From the NCBI GenBank assembly GCA_049692255.1, contig JBAVOR010000016.1, positions 7,006 to 71,005 on the forward strand: a DNA stretch of 64,000 nt, read 5' to 3'. The stretch comes from Candidatus Babeliales bacterium. GTDB taxonomy: Bacteria; Babelota; Babeliae; Babelales; JACPOV01. Both the position numbers and the translations under genes were made by a program. The notes under the pieces were generated by a model, which had not been told where the DNA came from, made no database searches, and saw only the letters and a program-made list of their open reading frames with translations. This document shows, in pieces, positions 1 to 10,333 of this stretch (position 1 is its first letter; each line of letters begins with the position of its first letter).

Positions 1-1
1 G

Positions 2-1390
2 GTATATCGTGTTACCAGCCACACTAAGCATGTGGGTCCTGGTACAACGTTTGTAGCGGTTAAGGGCATGAAGCAAGATGGTATAGATTTTATTGGTGAA
101 GCGCTCAATCTGGGCGCTTCTTCCATTGTTATACAGGAAGCAGTGCAGTTGTCTGATGCAACGATGAGCGCTCTTGAGCGAGCAGGTGCACAGCTCGTGC
201 GTGTAACGGACACGCGTCTGGCGTTGGCACAATTGAGTGCACAGGCGTACGGTAACCCGGCACAGCAACTAACTATTATTGGAGTAACGGGTACAAAGGG
301 TAAATCGACCACCTGCTTTTTAATAGAACAGATATTACGCACTGCAGGTTATGCGACTGCGCTTATTAGCTCTGTACGTAACGCGATTGGTACTACCTAT
401 TTTGAAACCCATCTCACCACACCGCAACCCGACTTTATTCAAATGTTTTTGGCACAGTGCGTGCAAGCAGGAGTGACCCATGTGGTTATAGAAGTGGCAG
501 CGCAGGCACTCACGCTCCATCGCGTCCATGGCATTACTTTTGATAGCGTACTATTTACGAATTTTGATCAAGAGCATCTGGAATTTTATGCATCCATGGA
601 TGATTATTTTGTAGCAAAAGAACAGCTGATGTCACGCGTTAAAGCAGGTGGTATTGCCTGGGTTAACGGAGATGATACGCGCTGTGCAATGCTTAAAAAT
701 AACTATGCGCATGTGCGTACGTATGGCGTAACAGCGGGTGTTGATGTGCTCGTTCGCATGCAATCGCGTGATACGGGTGCGCAGGTACACGAAGGTGACG
801 CTTGTTGGCAATCGCCTGCATTGCTCGGGTTATTTAATGGGTATAATATGACGGCAGCGTTGTGTGTTGCCCGTTCGTTAGATATCCCTGATGCGGTTAT
901 ACACAATGCATTTCATACGTTCACCGGTGTGCCGGGAAGGGTCGAACGATATTCATTGCCCAATGGTGCTATTGCGTGCATAGACAAAGCGCATAATCCA
1001 TCATCGTTTCATGCTATCTTGAGCACGTTGCGTGGAATAACTTCTCATTTAATTGTTATCTTTGGTGCCGGCGGCGAACGCGATAAATCAAAACGGCCGC
1101 TCATGGGAGCCATTGCTGCATCGTTTGGCGATCTCGTATTTATTACCACTGATGACCCGCGCTCTGAAGATCCTGCAACTATTATACAAGAGATTTATGC
1201 AGGAATTGAACCGGCATTACAGGCACGAGTGGTATGTGAGGTTGACCGTGAGATTGCAATTCGCGCAGCGTATGCAGCATCAAAGCCAGGCACCATTATT
1301 GCGCTCTTGGGCAAAGGGGTAGATGAATATCAGTTGATCCAAGGCATTAAGCAACCGTTTAGCGAGCGTGCTATTTTAGCTTCGCTTTAG
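2..1390 (+). CDS. murE: UDP-N-acetylmuramoyl-L-alanyl-D-glutamate--2,6-diaminopimelate ligase (MurE), 5'-truncated at window edge
   Basis: Mur ligase P-loop 'GVTGTKGKSTT'. C-terminal 'DDPRSEDP' matches the MurE DNPR motif. The ORF is open to the window start. Confidence 0.8.
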   Translation, partial: VYRVTSHTKHVGPGTTFVAVKGMKQDGIDFIGEALNLGASSIVIQEAVQLSDATMSALERAGAQLVRVTDTRLALAQLSAQAYGNPAQQLTIIGVTGTKGKSTTCFLIEQILRTAGYATALISSVRNAIGTTYFETHLTTPQPDFIQMFLAQCVQAGVTHVVIEVAAQALTLHRVHGITFDSVLFTNFDQEHLEFYASMDDYFVAKEQLMSRVKAGGIAWVNGDDTRCAMLKNNYAHVRTYGVTAGVDVLVRMQSRDTGAQVHEGDACWQSPALLGLFNGYNMTAALCVARSLDIPDAVIHNAFHTFTGVPGRVERYSLPNGAIACIDKAHNPSSFHAILSTLRGITSHLIVIFGAGGERDKSKRPLMGAIAASFGDLVFITTDDPRSEDPATIIQEIYAGIEPALQARVVCEVDREIAIRAAYAASKPGTIIALLGKGVDEYQLIQGIKQPFSERAILASL

Positions 1391-2994
1391 TTAACCTGCT
1401 TATACGATTTTTTATACACTGCGGCACTCGCTTCAGGGTCATACTCCTCACTCCAATCTGATTTATATGAAACATATATTTTTTTGTTTAGTATCTCGAG
1501 TTTCCAATCTTTTTCAAAGATAGTGCCAACAGTCAATCGTGCATACGTATCAAAGTCGAAGGGGTCTAGGCTGTGGCCGTATGGTGTATCGGGGCATACG
1601 TTGAGCGTGACAACCATGCCATTCCACGGTTTCTCTGTACCAACAGCAGGCGTACTTTTGTGACGCCATAATTGTACAGTGCCCGGGGTTAGCTGTGTGT
1701 CTGTCATGAGATCCATCATTGCATTATCACCATGTTGATGGGCACGGAATATGCCTACAACTGTATAGCTACCTGGCAGAGAGAAGCGCCATGCGGAAGT
1801 GCTCAAAGCGCCAAAAGTCCACCCTCTATTCTCGACATAGGCAATTGACTTGGCAGGATCAACTATAAAATCATTCCACATGAAACCCATTTCACGGGGT
1901 GATAATGGTTTTTTATTAGTAAACAGTGCATCCGAACTAACCTGCTGAGAATCTGTATATTGTTGCTTTAGTTGTACTATGGCATCTGGATCGTGAGAGA
2001 TTGCTTTGAGCATCTTTTCCCAGCCTTTTCCCTGCTCTAATGTTTCAATCAGTTCAAATCCAATTAAATCTGTTTTTAATGAGAAAAGTTGTGCAGGGTT
2101 ATACCCGATTTCGATGCCACCATGGCAGCACTGAATAAATTCATTTGGGTTTTTCTGTGACCCTACAAATAACACAGCAGGTAATAATTCGTACCAATTG
2201 CATATGTGACTAAAAAGATCAGGAGCAAGTTCGCCGAATTTCTCTTTTACTTCTTGCATGAATCCATAATGAATATTGATATACAAATCTTCATGGTTAC
2301 CACGCACCAAGACACATTGTGTAGGGTTGGCAGCTTTTAAGCGCAGGATAGAATACAGTACTTCAGCGCCATATAAACCGCGGTCAGTATAGTCACCTAA
2401 AAAGAGAATATAATGGTCAGGCTTAATAATAGTAAAATCTGATCTGATAATCCCTTGCTGCAATAACTCTTTTAAAAAATAACGCACAGACCGCATATCG
2501 CCATGCAGATCGCCATGCATGAGTAATGTAGTTTGCGGTGGCAATACCAGCTTTTGCGTATATGGTTGAAATGGGCGGTTAGGGTTTTGTAGATATGGCT
2601 TATCAAGTGATTTTGTGCCTACCCACTGCTTTTTGTCGAGTAAATAGGTGCTCATTGTTTTTTCACAGGCATCAATCCCGTTCATTAACTCTTGCGCAGT
2701 AAAATCTTTTGCTGTTAGAGTCCCTTCTTGTGACTTATGCCAAGAAGGCAACTCGTCGCATGCATCAATCCATTGCTCAACTGTTTTATAATGAAATTGC
2801 CCAGTTTTTTGCGGTGTTGTTATTGGCGGTGCCGTTTTTTTCGGTGGTGCAATAAATGCATTCTGCAAAGCAGCGAGCGCTTTTTGATAGCCCGTTAATG
2901 CTGCTTCCAACGGGTAACAGTGCTGCGTGTATAGCAGCGCAACAAGCATAAGAGATCTGCTCGTTATTGATACTTTATTTTTCATTCGATTCAC
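1387..2994 (-). CDS. PPP-family (calcineurin-like) Ser/Thr protein phosphatase with N-terminal signal peptide
   Basis: Canonical PPP motifs in order: GDLHGD, GDYTDRG, GNHE. Hydrophobic N-terminus 'SLMLVALLY'. 535 aa. Confidence 0.7.
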   Translation of the reverse strand: MNRMKNKVSITSRSLMLVALLYTQHCYPLEAALTGYQKALAALQNAFIAPPKKTAPPITTPQKTGQFHYKTVEQWIDACDELPSWHKSQEGTLTAKDFTAQELMNGIDACEKTMSTYLLDKKQWVGTKSLDKPYLQNPNRPFQPYTQKLVLPPQTTLLMHGDLHGDMRSVRYFLKELLQQGIIRSDFTIIKPDHYILFLGDYTDRGLYGAEVLYSILRLKAANPTQCVLVRGNHEDLYINIHYGFMQEVKEKFGELAPDLFSHICNWYELLPAVLFVGSQKNPNEFIQCCHGGIEIGYNPAQLFSLKTDLIGFELIETLEQGKGWEKMLKAISHDPDAIVQLKQQYTDSQQVSSDALFTNKKPLSPREMGFMWNDFIVDPAKSIAYVENRGWTFGALSTSAWRFSLPGSYTVVGIFRAHQHGDNAMMDLMTDTQLTPGTVQLWRHKSTPAVGTEKPWNGMVVTLNVCPDTPYGHSLDPFDFDTYARLTVGTIFEKDWKLEILNKKIYVSYKSDWSEEYDPEASAAVYKKSYKQVN

Positions 2995-3121
2995 TTTCTT
3001 TATCTTTTTTTAAAAAGAGTGATCTAGAGGGCATATCTTTACAAAAAACCTATTTTTAATACAGTAATATAATTATACGGCCCCTGAGCGGGTCAAGTAC
3101 AGAGTTTAAGGAGTTTTTATT

Positions 3122-5095
3122 ATGACTATGCAGTATATGCTGATTTTCGGCACTGCCGTGTGTGGAATACTCTTTTTGCTATTTTTATTTAGAAGAATAA
3201 CGCACACGCGTATCGATGATGAGCGTGTGTTAACTATCGGAAACGCAATTGATGCAGGAGCGGTTACTTTTTTGCGTGAAGAATATACCATCATTGCGCT
3301 GGTAATAGGAGTAGTGGCTATACTTTTGTGGTATGCGCTCTGTGCTCATGCTGCGATTATCTGCTTGGCAGGTGCATGTTGTTCTTTGCTAACCGGGTAC
3401 ATTGGTATGCGTGCAGCAACGCGCGCCAACATGCGTACTGCAATAGCTGCAAAAAATGAAGGAGAATACGCAGCATTTATGCTTGCGTTGTACGGTGGCG
3501 GAGTGATGGGTGTTTCAGTTGCAACCATTGGTATGTTCGGATTGGGGGTAACAACCTATTATGTTTTTGGCTCGCCGCAGATGGGACAGCTATTGGTGGC
3601 CTTTAGTTTAGGTGCCAGCATCGTTGCTTTTTTTGTGCGCATTGGTGGTGGTATTTATACTAAATCAGCAGACGTGGGGGCTGACTTGGTAGGCAAAGTG
3701 GAGACCGGCATTCCTGAAGATGACCCTCGTAACCCAGCAGTAATTGCCGATAACGTGGGTGATTGTGTGGGTGATACAGCGGGCATGGGAGCTGATATGT
3801 ATGAATCGTACATTGGGGCCATGGTCTCTGCTATGATCTTGGCAAAAGATCATGCGCTCTACAGCATGAGTGCATGTTTTTTATTGCCATTAATGTTGGC
3901 AGCAATTGGGCTGATGAGCTCTCTCAGCGCTCTCTTTGTAAGTTCGCATATGCGTACTAATCCGGCATGCATGTTACGGCACGCAACGTATGGCGCGCTG
4001 TTTATATTTGGATTGCTAACCACTTTGTACGTATATTCTTTGCAGTTACCAACTCATCTATTGATTTCTATTATTGCCGGCTGTTGTGCGGGTATGTTGA
4101 TCGGTCTTATCACTGAATATTACACGGCAGGAACGGCGGTAGAGCGTGTAGCAGAAAGTGCTCGTTGTGGCGCCGCAACCAATGTTATGTATGGCTTGTC
4201 CGTTGGCATGGAATCAACTGCATTACCCGTGTTGGTGTTACTTGCAGCGGTGCTGATAGCGCATACCTACGGTGGTGGACCATTTGGTGTAGCGTTAGCA
4301 GCGGTGGCAATGCTTGCAACGGTAGGTATTACTATGACTGTTGACGCCTATGGCCCTATTGTTGATAACGCAGCTGGTATTGCACAAATGGCTGGGTTTG
4401 GCGAGACGGCACGTATGGTGACCGATAAATTAGATGCGTTAGGTAATACGACCGCTGCTATTGGTAAGGGATTTGCGGTCGGTTCAGCACTATTAACTGC
4501 GCTCGCATTATTTACCGCGTACGCGCAAGAAGCGGCAATACACAGTTTAAATATGTTAGATCCGTTAGTGATGGTAGGTATATTTATTGGAGCGTGTGTG
4601 CCCTTTGTGGTTGCTGCATGTACCATGCGTTCGGTCAGCAAAGCAGCGTTGCACATGGTTATGGAAGTACGCCGTCAGTTTCAACAGATTCCCGGTCTTA
4701 TGGAAGGCACTGCGCTGCCCGATTATACACAATGCATAGCCATTAGTACGCGTGCAGCATTGCACGAGATGTTGCTGCCTGGATGCATTACGCTCAGCGT
4801 TCCCGTATTGGTGTTTTACACACTGGGTGTGGCATCGCTCGGTGGCCTTTTGATTGGCGCTATTGTGTCTGGTGTTATGCTCGCGCTTATGATGGCTAAC
4901 GCTGGTGGCGTGTGGGACAATGCTAAAAAATATATTGAAGCAGGTAATCTAGGCGGTAAGGGGTCTGAAACGTACAAAGCAGCAATGATTGGTGACATGA
5001 TCGGGGATCCGTTTAAAGATGCGTCTGGTCCATCACTCAATATTTTAATTAAACTAATGGCAGTAATTGCGTTGTTATTAGTAACGAAAAGTTGA
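3122..5095 (+). CDS. hppA: Membrane-bound proton-translocating pyrophosphatase (H+-PPase)
   Basis: Motifs '[19 protein letters not shown]', 'DNVGDCVGD' and '[23 protein letters not shown]'. Polytopic membrane protein. AAGGAG Shine-Dalgarno 8 nt upstream. Confidence 0.9.
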   Translation: [657 protein letters not shown]

Positions 5096-5164
5096 GTTTC
5101 TTTTTAAGAATACCGCGTAACTTACTGCATAACTAATCCACTTTTAGCCAAGCATTTGATTTTT

Positions 5165-5263
5165 GCGCTCGCCCTGAGTGTTCGACAAAGTCGAATGTAT
5201 CGAAGGGTATCGAGCGCTCATGTCCTTCGATACAATTGCTACGCAATCACTCAGGATGAGCGC
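5165..5263. repeat. REP/MITE-like palindromic intergenic element, copy A
   Basis: Terminal inverted repeat 'gcgctcgccctgagtg' ... 'cactcaggatgagcgc'. Internal palindromes 'ttcgacaaagtcgaa' and 'gtatcgaagg...ccttcgatac'. Shares the modules 'gcgctcNNcctgagt', 'tatcgaagg' and 'catgagcgc' with copies at 31427 and 61058. Lies between convergent hppA and the thioredoxin-like gene. Confidence 0.6.
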
Positions 5264-5311
5264 TTTTACAATCTCTTGTAAAGCTTCGTTAAATTTGAGT
5301 AGCTCTTTTTC

Positions 5312-6322
5312 TTATCTCCCAACAAACGATTTAAATTTAGAACGTAAGAGCGGTATGCCGTGGCCACCGCCGCGGACTCTATCAACTTCTTTACCATTTT
5401 TCATTAACACGGCACAGGGATAGCCTGTTACTTGTAGCTTGTGCACTAATGATTTAAAATGATCGCCATTCACGTTTACAAAAAACACGCCAGAGAATTC
5501 TTGCGCCATTTGTGTATATTTTGGTTTCATGCCAGGGCACATGCCGCACCACGGTGTTGAAAAAAGAAGCGCTACATGTGAATGTTCTTTGTATATTCCG
5601 TTCAATTCTTGCTCGCTACCCAGCTCTATCATATTCGATGCAGCCGAACCCATGTTTCTTTTTGGCTTTGATGTTCCTGCAGGGCGTGCGGCGGGAGGAC
5701 ATGCACTGCCTGCTGGTTGTGGCCGCATGTGAGGGCGTTGTGGATGTGCAGCCGATTGTGCTGGCTTTGCATGCGGCATTGGTTGAGGCTGAGCAACCAT
5801 TTTTGGCGCCTGTGCCAGGTGTGGGTTTACTTTTTCTGCTACTGCAGGTGTTGGTTGTACTCCTTTTCTGATTGCATTCAAGCGCGCGTTAAATGCGTCT
5901 TCGCTGGCAAACCCTGCCATCTTGGTTTGTCCGTCATGAGCTAATTGAGTGCCGTTGCCATCAAAAAATAGAAAAGTAGGATACGCATTTATGTCATATT
6001 TACTTTTTAGTGTGCCGATATTTTTGGTGCCATTAACGTTGAGAGACAAAAATATAACGTCAGGGTTTTTTTGTGCGAGACTTTCTACTTTGGGGTGCGC
6101 TGTAGTGCAATGACCACAGCCTGGAATCATAAAGAATCCAAGCACGTACGGTTTTCCTGGGGTAATGTAATTATTTATTTCAGTCGCATCGCGTACTTCA
6201 ATCAACGTACCTGCTGATTGTTCTTGCGTATTACGCCCTCTGCCTGCATGGGCTTCTGGGGTAATGGTACATAAACTTCCCGCCATAAAGACGAGAACAG
6301 AAAGTGAGCAGTGAGTAACCAT
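5312..6322 (-). CDS. Secreted tandem-thioredoxin (PDI-like) thiol:disulfide oxidoreductase
   Basis: Signal peptide. Two thioredoxin-fold domains with CGHC and CGMC active sites, separated by a Pro/Ala-rich linker. Confidence 0.7.
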   Translation of the reverse strand: MVTHCSLSVLVFMAGSLCTITPEAHAGRGRNTQEQSAGTLIEVRDATEINNYITPGKPYVLGFFMIPGCGHCTTAHPKVESLAQKNPDVIFLSLNVNGTKNIGTLKSKYDINAYPTFLFFDGNGTQLAHDGQTKMAGFASEDAFNARLNAIRKGVQPTPAVAEKVNPHLAQAPKMVAQPQPMPHAKPAQSAAHPQRPHMRPQPAGSACPPAARPAGTSKPKRNMGSAASNMIELGSEQELNGIYKEHSHVALLFSTPWCGMCPGMKPKYTQMAQEFSGVFFVNVNGDHFKSLVHKLQVTGYPCAVLMKNGKEVDRVRGGGHGIPLLRSKFKSFVGR

Positions 6323-6765
6323 AAGAACTCTCCTTTAAAATAAAAAGGTTTTTTTTATGATACTATAAAGAGCACGAGGGGTGTCAAGTGATCTTTGTAA
6401 TTTTTTACAAAAATATTCAATTTTAATTACATACCGTCTTCTTTTTTATAAAAATTTTAGAATATATTTTCGTTAAAAAAAGGAATATTTTTTCTTGCAT
6501 GTCATGATGCTAAGTGATAGCTTAAGTGAGTAACGGTACGCGCCTCAATTGTCTAATATAAAATTATTAATTAAAGCAGAGAAGATTGTGTTGATAGCAA
6601 CAAGGGAATCTTTGTCTGTTTTTTGCTGGGGTGATTCTGCAGCGTGCGTATTAAAAAAGAGAGCGCTGTAAAAAAAGTCATCCAGATGCTGTTGATGCGT
6701 GTGCGATGCGTGAGTAGGGTGTAGTAATGATATAAATATTATACATGTACTAAAAGGATAATCGT

Positions 6766-9294
6766 ATGCTAACTCCAGAGGCTCAAATACTAACCGGGTT
6801 CCGGGAACAGGTGGGAAAACAAATACGCGTGACGAATCGTCAGGGGGCGCTTGTACCATTTGATGAACAGATCGTTTATGAGGTATTGCATAAAACGATA
6901 CGTGGCTTTGAAACAGAAGTGTCAGCGTTGCTGATATTCCAAGAATTTCTTAAAAATATTTATGATACCGTAACCACGCAAGAAATTGAGAAAGCGTTGG
7001 TGTTGGCAGCGGTTGCATTTATTGAACAAGATCCATCCTATGATATAGTTGCTACGCGATTATTGCTGAACCGTTCTTACCGTGAAACATTTGGTCAAAC
7101 GGTTAATAATAATGTGTATGAACTGTATCAGTATGCATTTGTGCAAAGCATTCAAACGGGGATAGAACATGGCGTGTTAGATCAACGCTTACAGGAGTTC
7201 AATCTTCCTTATTTAGCCACCAAATTGCGTGCTGAGCGTGATGAACTGCTTACCTATTTAGGGCTGCAAACGCTGTATGAACGATACTTCTATAAAATTG
7301 CTAAGCGCAAAATGGAAGCGCCGCAAATGTTCTGGATGCGTATTGCTATGGGGCTTGCCATCAATGAAGCAAACAAAAATGAACGGGCGATTGAGTTCTA
7401 TGAAGTATTGTCTACCTTACGCTACGTGTCTTCTACGCCAACATTATTCCATTCAGGATACAAAATACCGCAGTTGAGTTCTTGCTATTTATCAACGGTG
7501 AGTGATGATTTAGGGCACATTTTTAAAGTGATTGGCGACAATGCACAGTTAGCAAAATGGGCAGGTGGTATTGGTAATGACTGGACCAATATTCGTGGTA
7601 CCGGTTCATTTATTAAAAGTATTCATGCAACGAGCCAGGGAGTTATTCCTTACTTAAAAATTGTTAACGATGTAGTCGTAGCAATTACACGTAGTGGTAT
7701 TCGTCGTGGTGGTACCTGCGTCTACTTAGAAACGTGGCACATTGATATTGAAGATTTTCTTGATCTCCGCAGAAACACGGGTGATGAACGGCGCCGTGCC
7801 CATGATATGAATACTGCCAACTGGATTCCGGATCTGTTTATGAAGCGGATCAAAGATGATGCAGATTGGACACTGTTTTCACCCCATGACACGCCTGATT
7901 TGCATGATCTCTATGGCAAAGCATTTGAAAAGCGCTACTGCGAGTATGAACAGTTAGCGCGCGATGGCAAAATTGAACAGTTCCGTACCGTGCCTGCTAA
8001 GAAGTTGTGGCGTAAAATGTTAAGCCGTTTGTTCGAAACGGGTCATCCATGGATTACATTTAAAGATCCTTGCAACATCCGTTCACCGCAAGACCATGTA
8101 GGTGTAGTGCATAGTTCTAATTTATGTACAGAAATTACCCTCAACACATCAGAAACAGAGACTGCGGTGTGTAACTTAGGTTCGATTAATATTGCGCAGT
8201 ACATTATTGATGGGGCGTTGGACGTTGAGTTAATGGGTAAAACTATTACGAGTGCAGTGCGCATGCTTGATAACGTGATCGATATTAATTTTTATCCGAC
8301 TAAAGAAGCGCGTACCTCTAACTTGCGTCATCGTCCTATTGGCTTGGGTATGATGGGTGTGCAAGATGCTCTCTACATGCTCAATATTCCATTCGATTCT
8401 GACAAAGCATTAGAGTTCTGTGATTATATTACAGAAGTATATTCATTCTATGCAATTGCCGCATCGTCTCAGTTGGCACAAGAGCGCGGAACGTATGAAA
8501 CGTATCGTGGTTCCAAGTGGGACAGAGGCATATTCCCCTTAGATACTATCACCTTGCTTGAACATGAGCGCGGTGAATATGTTGATGTGAATCGCACGAT
8601 GCGCCTTGATTGGCAACCGTTGCGTGAGCAAGTGCGTGCGTGTGGTATGCGTAACTCGAATGTTATGGCCATTGCACCAACTGCTACTATCGCTAATATT
8701 GCTGGGTGTTACCCCAGCATCGAACCGATATACAAAAACTTGTATGTTAAGTCGAACATTACGGGTGAGTTTACCATTATTAACAAATATCTCGTTGCTG
8801 ATCTTAAAAAGCTTGGCCTGTGGAGCAGTACCATGATTGAGCAATTGAAGTATTACGATGGTGAATTAGAGTTAATAGCAGGAATTCCTGATGCGCTGAA
8901 ACGTAAATATAAATGTGCGTTTGAGATAGATCCGGTCGATTTTATTAAGTTAACCGCAGTGCGCAGTAAATGGATCGATCAAAGCCAGTCCCATAATGTA
9001 TTTATGAAGGGAGTTTCTGGCAAGAAACTAGAAGAAATCTATTTTGCTGCATGGCAAGCTGGTCTTAAAACCACGTATTATTTACGCACACTGGGTGCAA
9101 CGCAGATAGAAAAATCAACGCTTGATGCGGGCAAATATGGATTTACCCAAAAACGGGATTACCAAGCAATGCCAAGCGAAGCAGCAGAGGAAAAAGAGAA
9201 TACGCTGATGCAATCGCCACAAGGGGAAGCAGTAACGTATAAAGCAGGTACCATTTGTGATCTCATGGGGCCTGATTGTGAGTCGTGTCAATAA
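6766..9294 (+). CDS. nrdA: Ribonucleoside-diphosphate reductase class Ia alpha subunit
   Basis: 842 aa. Catalytic 'NLCTEI' motif. C-terminal Cys pair 'CESCQ'. N-terminal ATP-cone-like region. Confidence 0.9.
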   Translation: MLTPEAQILTGFREQVGKQIRVTNRQGALVPFDEQIVYEVLHKTIRGFETEVSALLIFQEFLKNIYDTVTTQEIEKALVLAAVAFIEQDPSYDIVATRLLLNRSYRETFGQTVNNNVYELYQYAFVQSIQTGIEHGVLDQRLQEFNLPYLATKLRAERDELLTYLGLQTLYERYFYKIAKRKMEAPQMFWMRIAMGLAINEANKNERAIEFYEVLSTLRYVSSTPTLFHSGYKIPQLSSCYLSTVSDDLGHIFKVIGDNAQLAKWAGGIGNDWTNIRGTGSFIKSIHATSQGVIPYLKIVNDVVVAITRSGIRRGGTCVYLETWHIDIEDFLDLRRNTGDERRRAHDMNTANWIPDLFMKRIKDDADWTLFSPHDTPDLHDLYGKAFEKRYCEYEQLARDGKIEQFRTVPAKKLWRKMLSRLFETGHPWITFKDPCNIRSPQDHVGVVHSSNLCTEITLNTSETETAVCNLGSINIAQYIIDGALDVELMGKTITSAVRMLDNVIDINFYPTKEARTSNLRHRPIGLGMMGVQDALYMLNIPFDSDKALEFCDYITEVYSFYAIAASSQLAQERGTYETYRGSKWDRGIFPLDTITLLEHERGEYVDVNRTMRLDWQPLREQVRACGMRNSNVMAIAPTATIANIAGCYPSIEPIYKNLYVKSNITGEFTIINKYLVADLKKLGLWSSTMIEQLKYYDGELELIAGIPDALKRKYKCAFEIDPVDFIKLTAVRSKWIDQSQSHNVFMKGVSGKKLEEIYFAAWQAGLKTTYYLRTLGATQIEKSTLDAGKYGFTQKRDYQAMPSEAAEEKENTLMQSPQGEAVTYKAGTICDLMGPDCESCQ

Positions 9295-9326
9295 CAATGC
9301 AATAGTGCATACCGGGAGTATATATC

Positions 9327-10328
9327 ATGGCAAAACGTATTATTAATGATTCGCAGACTGATCCTAATAAAATATTACCTATGAACTATTTATGGGCGCG
9401 CCAACATTATAAAGATGGCATAGCAAACAACTGGACGCCGGAAGAGATTTCGATGCAGCAAGATGTCGAACAATGGCGTTCAGGCACTGTGCTGAGCGCG
9501 GGAGAAAGACGGTTGATTTTATGGAACTTAGGGTTCTTCTCTACTGCTGAATCGCTCACGGCAAACAATCTCGTGTTGGCGGTGTATCAGCACGTGACTA
9601 ACCCTGAATGTCGCCAGTATCTGTTGCGACAAGCGTATGAAGAGGCGGTGCATACCGATACTTTCATCTACTGTTGCGATTCGTTGGGGCTCGACCCGGA
9701 AGAGATATTTAACATGTACAATACCATTCCATCGATTGCAGAAAAAGATGAGTTTGTTATTGGGCTGACTAAATCGATCTTTGATCCACATTTTAGCACC
9801 GTGGGCACTGAAAATATCCGCAAATTTTTGCATGATCTAATCGGTTTCTATGTGATCATGGAAGGCATCTTCTTTTATGCTGGTTTTGCGATGATGCTTG
9901 CGCTCAAGCGACAAAACAAAATGATTGGTATTGGAGAACAGTTTGAATATATCATGCGTGATGAAAGCGTGCACTTAGCGTTTGGCTGTGACTTGATTAA
10001 TACGATCATAGAAGAAAACCCTGAAGTGTGGACTCCAGCGTTTCAAACAGAAGTGGTTGAACTGATTAAGCGTGCAGTGGTACTTGAAAAGCGCTATGCA
10101 TTCGATGCATGCCCTGATGGGTTATTGGGCATCAATGCGCAGCAGTTTTCTGATTACGTAGAATATATTACCGATCGCCGTTTAGAACGTATTGGGTTGC
10201 CACGCGTCTATTACAAAGAAAATCCGTTCCCATGGATGTCTCAAGCAGTCGATTTAAATAAAGAAAAGAACTTCTTTGAAACGCGCGTAACTGAGTATCA
10301 GTCGGCCGGTTCATTGGAATGGGAATAA
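9327..10328 (+). CDS. nrdB: Ribonucleoside-diphosphate reductase beta subunit
   Basis: 333 aa. Di-iron ligand motif 'EEAVHTD'. Immediately downstream of nrdA. Confidence 0.85.
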   Translation: MAKRIINDSQTDPNKILPMNYLWARQHYKDGIANNWTPEEISMQQDVEQWRSGTVLSAGERRLILWNLGFFSTAESLTANNLVLAVYQHVTNPECRQYLLRQAYEEAVHTDTFIYCCDSLGLDPEEIFNMYNTIPSIAEKDEFVIGLTKSIFDPHFSTVGTENIRKFLHDLIGFYVIMEGIFFYAGFAMMLALKRQNKMIGIGEQFEYIMRDESVHLAFGCDLINTIIEENPEVWTPAFQTEVVELIKRAVVLEKRYAFDACPDGLLGINAQQFSDYVEYITDRRLERIGLPRVYYKENPFPWMSQAVDLNKEKNFFETRVTEYQSAGSLEWE

Positions 10329-10333
10329 TTGAC

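Noticed and set aside
5178-5423. ORF 5178..5423 (81 aa)
   Set aside because: It starts inside the palindromic REP-like element and runs into the 3' end of the minus-strand thioredoxin-like gene. It is an artefact.
5512-5944. Plus-strand ORFs 5512..5871, 5529..5732 and 5717..5944
   Set aside because: They lie entirely antisense within the well-supported thioredoxin/PDI-like gene. Their translations are low-complexity mirrors of its Pro/Ala-rich linker.
6323-6765. NrdR box upstream of nrdA
   Set aside because: There are only AT-rich partial palindromes (e.g. 'gatataaatattataca'). None matches an NrdR-box-like 16-mer convincingly, and nrdR is not in the window.
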